This document shows positions 54,304-64,000 of a DNA stretch of 64,000 nt, piece after piece; positions within the stretch are counted from its first letter, which is position 1, and each line of letters begins with the position of its first letter. Made by a program: the position numbers and the translations under genes. Under the pieces are notes generated by a model, which saw only the letters and a list, made by a program, of their open reading frames with translations, made no database searches and was not told where the DNA came from. The DNA lies in the NCBI RefSeq assembly GCF_009914755.1, contig NC_060947.1; one strand, given 5' to 3'. Origin of the DNA: the human T2T-CHM13v2.0 reference genome, Homo sapiens.

Positions 54304-55836
54304 CAAAATAATTGTTTATTTCAGTTTGGCTGTCTCTATGCATATTATATAGTTCTCTGCACTGTTTTTGAGATATATTAGCCATGTCATGTGATTAATG
54401 CAATAGTTTGTAGCCTGGTTGTTTCTGTGTTCTTTTTCAAGAACTGCTTATTTTTACTTACTTCCATGCCATTCTGGCCATACTGGGATTGTTATGTATT
54501 TGCACAGAGGTCTTTAATCTATTTCTACTTATGAGTTTGCATGAACATTTTTCTAAATAAAATCCTTATCAAATTACTTTGACCTGAGGCTCTGCTTCTA
54601 TCCAACATGATATGCCCAACACACTATGCCCAACACAACTTTTCACTTTATTCATTCACCTGGGAATGACGGTTCCAGCATGGCTCTATTTAAACACTTT
54701 GTAGTGTGTGAAATCTGTATTTTATCAGTATTTCAGTACTGTCATGATGAGAAGAGTATTTTAAACACTTTTGGGTTGAAGGCAAAGGGACTTAGACTGA
54801 TTGGGGTCTGAACTGTGCCACAGCACATTCTTTATAATACCGTTAACAACCTTCTGCATACAGCCATATGCCACTTCATGCCTATCCCCATCTGCACCAC
54901 CCAGGTCTATCAACATCATCTCACACTCACTAAGCCATGTTAGCAAGCACAGTGTCCTACACATAATAGGCATTCAAATGTTTGTTTAATAAGTGAATGA
55001 TTTTATCACTCCTACTGACAGATTATTCTACAATGAAGTTTGCCAAAACCCTGAAATATGCCATATTGTCGTTTCACTTTGGAGAATTTGGAGTGAACTG
55101 ATACAAGTAAAACATGCTTCCTCAAAACTTTGTGTTTTAGAAATCTGCCATATAACCTTACTTTTCTCACACAAGTATGAAATGCTGGAGGCCATTATAG
55201 GCCATTAAGTCACCATTAAGAGCACCCTGCTATTGTTTTTCACTGTGCTCTTAGTATTCTCTTAGCTCTTTGTTGTCAGAGGAACGAATGGTGAGTATTT
55301 TGGCACAGTGGTTATAATCAGTATTATTAGGTATTCAGCATTAGTCACTATAAATGTTCTATCATCCATTAAAATACGTGAGAATTATATCCCATAGAAA
55401 ATATCAACACTTAAAACATTGACCTTTTCAGTGTTCTAATATATCACATCTATTCTGGTTTCTTCTGATTGCCTACTCTGAGTAACCTATAGGGAGCAAG
55501 TGAAATGGCCAGTCATTCTAAATACAAAATATCTGAAGGTCAACTATAAAAATAGTCAGTTAATGCCAAGACATAAATCATCATAAACAGAGAACACTAG
55601 TTATCAAAAAAGAATTCGTTCTCAGTCACTTCAATGAGAACAAAAAATGGCAGGGATGTAACCTCTTTTGATTCATGTAGTGCCTACAGATCCGTGGACT
55701 GCCTGGGGTAGCACTGGAGTTATTATAGATGTTATTCTACTGCAGATGAGTAATGATGCCTTGGACTCAGGATTGGTGTGTGACATTTCTGTTTTCTTCT
55801 CTGTCCCATCACTTTTGATTAAAGCCAAATGAAAGA

Positions 55837-55924
55837 TCATTTCAGTAAGAATGCTTAGAGTTCAGTAAGAATGCATGTTGATTCATGCATTCTTACTGAA
55901 CTCTAAGCATTCTTACTGAAATGA
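55837..55924. repeat. Perfect inverted repeat, 41-bp arms with 6-nt spacer
   Basis: 55837-55877 is the exact reverse complement of 55884-55924; spacer ttgatt. Confidence 0.97.
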
Positions 55925-56105
55925 AACTGCCTAATTTCAGTGCCTAATAAGACACTGAAGAGTGTCTGCCTAATTAAATATCACAACATTTCCAAAATTT
56001 TCAAAGATGACGTAAGATACACAAACATAAAACCAGAAAATCCAAGGCCTTCTGTAAGCGTGGACCTTTTCTAAAGCTTTTTCTTACACTTTGAATGTCT
56101 TATTC

Positions 56106-56406
56106 TTTTTTTTTTTTTTTTTTTTGAGACGGAGTTTCACTCTGTCGCCGAGGCTGGAGTGCAGTGGCATGATCTCGGCTCACTGCAAGCTCCTCCTCCC
56201 AGGCGCACGCCATTCTCCTGCCTCAGCCTCCTGAGTAGCTGGGACTACAGGTGCCCGCCACCTCGCCCGGCTAATTTTTTGTATATTTAGTAGAGACGGG
56301 GTTTCACCCTGTTAGCCAGGATGGTCTCGATCTCCTGACCTCGTGATCTGCCCGCCTCGGCCTCCCAAAGTGCTGGGATTACAGGCGTGAGCCACCACAC
56401 CCAGCC
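56106..56406 (-). mobile_element. AluY
   Basis: gcaagctcc, cacgccattctcc, gttagccaggatggtctcgatctcc; TSD cttattcttttt. Confidence 0.98.
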
Positions 56407-56974
56407 GCCTTATTCTTTTTATACCATGGTCCTATTCATCTTTGAAGTGAAGCTCTCTGTCACTAATGGTCAGTCATAATCAAACCAGAGACAGCTAAGG
56501 AACATATTCATATTATCTACAAATTGGCTATAACTTGAAATAAGCAACATGACAGACAGTTAGATTGAGAAGTGGATCATCTGTCCCCTCTTTAGCTCCC
56601 ACTGTTAGTTATATGAAAATTAGCTTAGATGAGAGATCCAAATCCTCAAATTCTAGATGAATACATGCATAGCTGCCATTTAATCCACTAAATTTTTTCA
56701 AAGTGTTATACATTAGAGTAACATAGGCCAACAGCAGAACTCAAATATCAGTCTTGTCTTCTCTGGATTCATGAGCTAGAGCATATATAAACCCGACAAC
56801 CTCTCTATTCTATCCATTTATCACACATCTTGTTTGAGGCCTGCTTTTCTTTTCTTATGGTTCCTCATTGAGTCTCACTTGACTTTCCAGAGGTAGGATT
56901 TTAAAAGTAAATAAGCCATGTCTTTCTTCCCTAACATCTAGGATAAGCTGCTAATTTTATTCTTCCTTTCACTG

Positions 56975-57839
56975 TATTGACAAAACAAAAAAGCCAAACT
57001 CTGTAAAATATTTGAAGAGATTTTTTCTGAGCCAAATTTGAGGACCATGGCCCATGACACAGCCTCAGGAGGTCCTGAGAACATGTGCCCAAGGTGGCTA
57101 GGTTACAGGTTGGTTTTATATGTTTTAGGGAGACATAAGACATCAATCAATACATGTGAGGTACACATTGGATAAGTCCAGAAAGGCACAACAACTTGAA
57201 GTAGGAGCTTAAAAGCCATAGGAGGACTCAAAGATTTTTTGATTGGCAATTGGTTGAAAAAGTTAACTTATTATCTGAAGACCTGGGATCAAGAGAAAGG
57301 AGTGTCTGGGTTAAGGTAAGGCTCTGTGGAGACCAAGGATTTTATTATATAGATGAAGTCTCATAGGTAGCTACCCTTAGAGGCAATAGGTGGCAAATGT
57401 TTCCTCTTCAGACCCTGAAAAGGTATCAGACTCTCTGGAACAGAGCTACTAAGGAAAGGGGAGTCTCTATAGAATGCACAAGAGATAGCCATGCAGGACC
57501 AGTCTAAAAGATGTCAATGAAATACATTTTGGGATAAAATACTCTGATTTTCTTCAGGGCCTGCTATTTGTCATGTGATGCTATACTATAGTCAGTTTGG
57601 AGTTTTTGTGTCTTATTGGTACAAAGAGTCTGTTTTGTGAGTCTTAAGATCTCTGTTTAAATGTTAATGCTGGTCAGTTGTGTCTGAACGCCATAGGAAG
57701 GAAAATATAATGAGGCATATCTGACCCTCCTTTCCTATCATGACCTGAACTCATATTTCAGTATTTCTTTGGGTCCCCTTGGCAAAAAGGGGGTCCATTC
57801 TGTCAATTGGGGGACTTAGAATTTTATTTTTGGATTACA
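56975..57839 (-). mobile_element. MER4-family ERV1 solo LTR
   Basis: gacacagcctcaggaggtcctgagaacatgtgcccaaggtgg...cttagaattttatttttggattaca; TSD actg/tctg. Confidence 0.88.
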
Positions 57840-58119
57840 TCTGGATTTGACTTTGGTCTGCTCATTTAATCGGGGCAAGGCCATCTCATCTCCCATACAG
57901 TATATGACTACACGAGCCATATAGGGAAGAGTGAAGAGGAAGAAAATGGTTAAAAAGAGAGGAGGGAATCAAAAGCAGAAAACTTCACCTGTCCAATCTG
58001 CTGATAATACATGTTCTTTTTCCAGTAAAAGTGATATTCTTTTCTTGATGAACCTCTTGTGTGTTTGGCCGTCTTTTTTTTTTCTTTCTAGTCTGACCTT
58101 TTTGGGCAATGCTGCTAAT

Positions 58120-58570
58120 TACCCACCCAGTATTTGTACTCCTTGTATTCCTTACCTAACAGAGCCCTAATTTTGGGTAGGATGAGGAATGGCAAGATAC
58201 CTGGAGGAGTAGAAACTACATTTACCAGATCCTCTTGCCACTGTGCATGATATATCACTTTGTTCTAGCCAATGAGATGTATGTGGAATTTTACTCTGTG
58301 AGGGTTTCAGATCAGCTATTGATTTTATAATAAAAAGAGAAAGACTCAGCTATATTGTGTATTTTTCCTTTGCCCTTCCTTTTTCTTCCTGCCTACAGTC
58401 AACAGTTAAAAAAAAAAAAAGAAAGAATTTAGCATAATCGATCCACATTATCAGCCTTGTACTGCTAACTTATGGATTTATCTTTATGTAAAGACATAAA
58501 TTTTTATACATTTAAGATATTATCTATCAAGATTTTTATTAGTACCTCTTGAAAGTAATTGTTACCAACA
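58120..58570 (+). mobile_element. Old MLT1/LTR33-like LTR
   Basis: aaactacatttaccagatcctcttgc...gttctagccaatgagatgtatgtggaa. Confidence 0.45.
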
Positions 58571-58653
58571 CAACCTATAAGAGATTTCTTTCTTCTTGGA
58601 AAGAGAAAGATACAAGTGAGGAGTAAAAAAAGGAGAGAGTGAAAAAGAAAAAG

Positions 58654-58850
58654 ATATATTTATCTATCTATATACATACATATATATATACATATATAAA
58701 TATATATAAAGCCATATATATGTATGTATGTGTGTGTATGTGTATATATATGATATATATATGAGATTATATATATATATGATATATCACTTTGTTCTAG
58801 CCAATGAGATGTATATATAGCCAATGAGATATATATATAAAGTCATATAT
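58654..58850. repeat. Compound (TA)n/(TG)n tract containing templated inserts
   Basis: TA-rich low-complexity run interrupted by a copy of 58247-58282. Confidence 0.85.
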
Positions 58851-59587
58851 AACAGACCCACAGCTAATATTATACTGAATGGGGAAAAACTGAATGGTTT
58901 CCTTCAAATATCTGGAACATGACAAGGATGCCCACTTTCACCACCTGTATTCAACATAGTACTGGAAGGTCTAGCAAGAGCAATTTGATGAGAGAACAAT
59001 ATAAAAGAAATCCAAATTGGAATATAAAAGTCGAACAATCCTTGTTGCAGATGATATTATCCTGTAGCTCAAAAAACTTAAAGACTCTACCAAAAAAACT
59101 AATGAACTAATAAATTCAGTGAAGTTGCAGGAAACAAAATTAGCACACAAAATTCTGTAGCATTTCTACATGCAAACAATGAACAATCTGAAAAAGAGAA
59201 AATTAATTTTATTTACAATAGCAATACGTAAAATTAAGTGCCTAGAAATTGTTTAACCTACTCGTGAAAAATTGCTATAATAAAAACGACAAAACACTGA
59301 TGAAGGAAATTTAAGACAACACCAAAAAAATGAAGACATTTCATGTTTACAAATTGGAAGAATCAATTTTTAAAATGTACACAATACCCAATGCAATCTA
59401 CAGATTTAATGCAATCCCTCTCAAAATACCAATGACATTCTTCACAGAAATAGAAAAAACAATCCTAAAACTTATATGAAAACAGCAAATGCCTGGAATA
59501 GCCAATACTACGTTAAGCAAAAGGATCAAAACTAGACGATCACATTATCTGACTTCAAATTACACCACAAAGCTATAGTAAATCAAC
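58837..59587 (+). mobile_element. L1M ORF2 internal fragment (RT region)
   Basis: Encodes IKVIYNRPTANIILNGEKL ... SDFKLHHKAIVNQ with frameshifts. Confidence 0.9.
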
Positions 59588-60555
59588 ATTGAGCCTTTGA
59601 TATGGCACCATTCCTTGGGGTGATCAGACAGCTACCTGGTGGCAGATTGATTATATTGGACCTCTTCCATTATGGAAAGGGCAGAGGTTTGTCCTCACTG
59701 GAATAGGCACTTACTCTGTATATGGGTTTGCCTATCCTGCACGCAATGCTTCTGCCAAGACTACCATCCGTGGACTCACGAAATGCCTTATCCACTGTCA
59801 TGGTATTGCCTCTGACCAAGGCACTCACTTTATGGCTAAAGAATTGTGGCAGTGGGCTCATGCTCATGGAATTTGCTGGTCTTACCATCATGTTCCTCAT
59901 CATCCTGAAGCAGCTGGATTGATAGAATGGTGGAATGACCTTTCGTAGTTACAACTGCAATGCCAACTAGGTGACAGTACTTGGCAGGGTGGGGCAAAGT
60001 CCACCAGAAGGCTGTATATGCTCTGAATCAGCATCCAATATATGGTACTTTTTCTCCCATAGCCAGGATTCACAGGTCCAGGAATCAGGGGATGGAAGTG
60101 GAAGTGGCACTACTCACCATCGCCCCTGGTGATCCACTAGCAAAATTTTTGCTTCCTGTTCCCACGACATTAGGTTCTGTTGACCTAGAGGTCTTAGTTT
60201 CAGAGAGAGGAATGCTGCCACCAGGAGACACAACAGTTCCATTAAACTGGAAGTTAAGATTGTCACCTGGACACTTTGGGCTCCTGCTACCCTTAAGTCA
60301 ACAGGCTAAGAAGGAGTTACAGTGTTGGCTGGAGTGATTGACTGAGACTGTCGAGATGAAATCAGTCTACTTCTCTACAACAGATTTAAGGAAGAGTATG
60401 CATGGAATACAGGAGATCCATTAGGATGCCTCTTCTTATTACCATGCCCTGTGATTAAGGTCAATGGGAAACTATGACAGCCCAATCCAGGCAGGACTAC
60501 AAATGGCCCAGACCCTTCAGAAATGAAGCTTTGGGTCACTCCACCAGGAAAAAAT
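59585..60555 (+). mobile_element. ERVL/HERV-L pol fragment (integrase core and dUTPase), no LTR
   Basis: YGTIPWGDQTATWWQIDYIGPLP (integrase); ORF 59981-60337 GMLPPGDTTVPLNWKLRLSPGHFGLLLP followed by GVTVLAGVID in another frame (dUTPase). Confidence 0.92.
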
Positions 60556-61983
60556 AAATATGACCTGGTCACAAGCTTTATTTTTTATTTATTTTTTAAC
60601 TGGGAGGTTTTTTATTACAGCTTTCATCTCATTCGCTGTTATTGGTGTGTTAAGGTTTTGGATTTCTTCATGGTTCTATTTTGGTAGGTTGAATGTGTCT
60701 AGGAATGTGTCTATGTTTTCTAGATTTTTGAATTCATTAGCATATAGTTGCTCATGGTAGTCGCAAATAATCCTTTGAATTTTTGCAGTGTCAGTTGTAA
60801 TATATGTTTTTCATCCTGATTCTATTTATTTGGGTCTTCTTCTTTTTTTCTTAGTCTGGCTAAATGTTGATTTTTGTTTAACTTTTCCAAAAACAGTTTT
60901 TCATTTTGTATTGTTTTATTCCTTTCAATTCATTTATTTCTGCTCTGATTTTTGTTATTTATTTTCTTCTACTGATTTTGGGTTTGGTTGGCTCTTGCTT
61001 TTATAACTCTTTAACATGCATTGTTAGGTTGCTTATTTTATGTTTTTCTTCTTTATTGATGTAGGCACTTACAGCTATACATTTGCTGCTTAGTACTGCT
61101 TTTGCTGTGTCCCACAAGTTGTGGTATGTTGTGTTTTCATTATCGTTTGTTTTAAGAAATGTTTCAATTTTCTTCTTAATTTCTTCACTGGTTATTCAGA
61201 AGCATATTCTTTAATTTCTACTTTTGAATAGTTCCAGAATTTCTCTTTTTATTGATTCCTAGTTTTATTCCATTGTCATCAGAAAAGATGCTTGATATTA
61301 TTTCAATATTTTTGAATATTTTAAGACTTGATTTTTTACCTAACATATGACCTATGCTTGAGAATGATCCATGGGTTGAGGAATAGAATGTGTTTTCTTC
61401 AGCCATTGGATGAAATGTTCCCTAAATATATATTAGATCCATTTGGCCTATAGGGCAGACTGATATTTCCTTGTTGATATTCTGCCTGGGAGATCTGTCC
61501 AATGGTAAGAGTGAGGTGTTGAAATCTCCAGTTATTATTGTATTGGAGCCTATCTCTCTCTTTTGCTCTAGTAAAATTTGCTTTTATATATCTGTGTGCT
61601 CCGGTATTGGGCATATATATATTTCAAATTGTTATATCCTTTTGCTGAATTGACCCATTTATCATTTCATACTGACCTTCTTTGTCTCTTCATATCATTT
61701 TTATCTTGAAATCTATTTTGTTTGATATCAGTATAGCTACTCCTGCTCACTTTTTTGTTTTTTTTTTGTTTCTTTGTTTTCATTGGCACAAAATACCTTT
61801 TACCATCCCTTTATTTTCAGTCATGTGTGTCTTTATAGGTTAAGTGTGTCTTTTGTAGACATCACAACAATGTGTCTTATATTTTTATCCATTCAGCCAC
61901 TCTATGTATTTTGATTGGAGAGTTTAGTCGATTTACATTCAATACTATTATTGATTAGTAAGGACTCACTCCTGTCATTTTGA

Positions 61984-62352
<369 letters not shown>

Positions 62353-63679
62353 TGTTGCTTTTCAACTTTTATGTATTTGTTGTGTTTTTTTGGTTTAAGG
62401 TTACCATGATACTTGCAAATACTATCTTATAACTCATTATTTTAACCTGATGACAACTTAACACTATTTGCATAAACAAACAAGAAAAAATCTAATAAAA
62501 GCACTATGCTTTAACTTGATCTCCCCACTTTTTAAAGTTTGTTTTTAATAATTATGTTTTATTATACTGTCTATGTCTTGAAATATCATCATAGTTATAA
62601 TTTTTGAGTGTTTTGTGATTTAGTCTTTCTACTTGATTAGTTTTCACACCACAGTTACAGTGTCATAGTATTCTTTTTAATCTGTGTTTTTTCTGTGTAC
62701 TTATGATTACCAGTGAGTTCTGTACCTTCAGATGATTTCTCATTGCTCACTGACATCTTTTTTTTTTCTGATGGAAGTACTCTCTTTAATATTTCTTGTA
62801 GGACAAGTATGATGTTGATGTCATCCCTCAGCTTTTGTGCATCTGGAAAAGTATTTTTCCTTCATATTTGAAGAGTAATTTCACTCGATATACTATTCTA
62901 GGGTAAAAGTTACTGTTTTGTATCAGCACATTAAATATGTCATGTTACTATGTCCTGGCCTTTAAAGTTTCCATTGAAAAGTCTGCTGCCAGATGTATTG
63001 GAGCTCCTTTGTATGTTGCTTGTTTCTTTTCTCTTGTTGTTTGTAAGATCTTTATCTTTGACCTTCGGGAGTTAGATTAGTAAATGTCCTGAGGTAATCT
63101 TTTTTGGGTTAAATCTGCTTGGTATTCTGTAACCTTATGAACTTGGATATTGATCTTTCTCTAGGTTTGGGAAGTTCTCTGTTATCTTTGCTTTGAATAA
63201 ACTTTCTACCACTGTCTCTTTCTCTACCTCCTATTTAAGGCCAGTATCTGTTAGATTTTCCCTTTTGAGGTTGTTTTCTAGATTCGGTAGGTGTCCTTCA
63301 TTGTATTTCTTGTTCTTCCTTTTGTCTCCTCTGACTATGTGTTTTCATATAGCCTGTCTTCAAGCTCACTAATTTTTTCTTCTGCTTGATCAATTCTGCT
63401 ATTAAAAGAATGATGCATTCATCACTATGCCAGTTACATTTTTCAGCTTCACAATTTCTGCTTGATTCTTTTTGATGTTTTAATCTCTTTGCCATATTTA
63501 TCTGATAGAATTATGTATTCCTTCTCTGTGTTATTTTGAATTTCTTCAAGTTTTCTCAAAATAGCTATTTTGAATTATCTGTCTGAAAGTTCACATAGAA
63601 GTATTTCTCCAGGATTGGTCTCAGGTGCCTTATTTAGTTCATGTGGTGAGATCATGTTTCCTTGGATCATCTTGATACA

Positions 63680-63971
<292 letters not shown>

Positions 63972-64000
63972 CTCATCTTGATACATTTAGATGTTCATTT

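Noticed and set aside
54598-54640. tatgcccaacac short tandem (similar small ones at ~16990-17040 and ~55190-55220)
   Set aside because: These are ordinary short slippage duplications.
55841-55920. Four copies of a 14-mer as a possible CRISPR-like array
   Set aside because: Two copies are inverted, there are no unique spacers and no cas genes, and the context is eukaryotic. A tandem plus inverted duplication explains it.
59981-60337. 118-aa ORF with dUTPase-like motifs as a possible domesticated gene
   Set aside because: It is a frameshifted ERVL remnant with stops upstream and no intact domain or promoter evidence.

Overview
This is AT-rich primate genomic DNA; AluY and a young L1PA element imply a catarrhine, human-like genome. 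I cannot support any host protein-coding gene, tRNA, rRNA or CRISPR array, so it reads as intergenic or deep intronic sequence. Much of the window is interspersed repeat: about 16 Alus, L1PA/L1PB/L1MA pieces, L2, MIR, MaLR (THE1/MST/MLT1), ERV1-type LTRs, ERVL internal fragments and DNA transposons (MER1A, MER2, MER5, MER20, MADE1). The ORF track contains only repeat-derived or chance frames. Repeat family names come from my memory of consensus sequences, so subfamilies and edges are approximate. The unexplained structure is a recurring set of template-switch or templated-insertion scars: a perfect 41-bp-arm hairpin (55837-55924), an exact 188-bp copy taken from 4.1 kb away (24988-25175 = 29125-29312), an exact 36-bp copy inside a (TA)n tract, several snap-back palindromes at truncated element ends, and two LTR-less ERVL pol fragments fused directly into L1 sequence, one of them inside a chimeric MST provirus.
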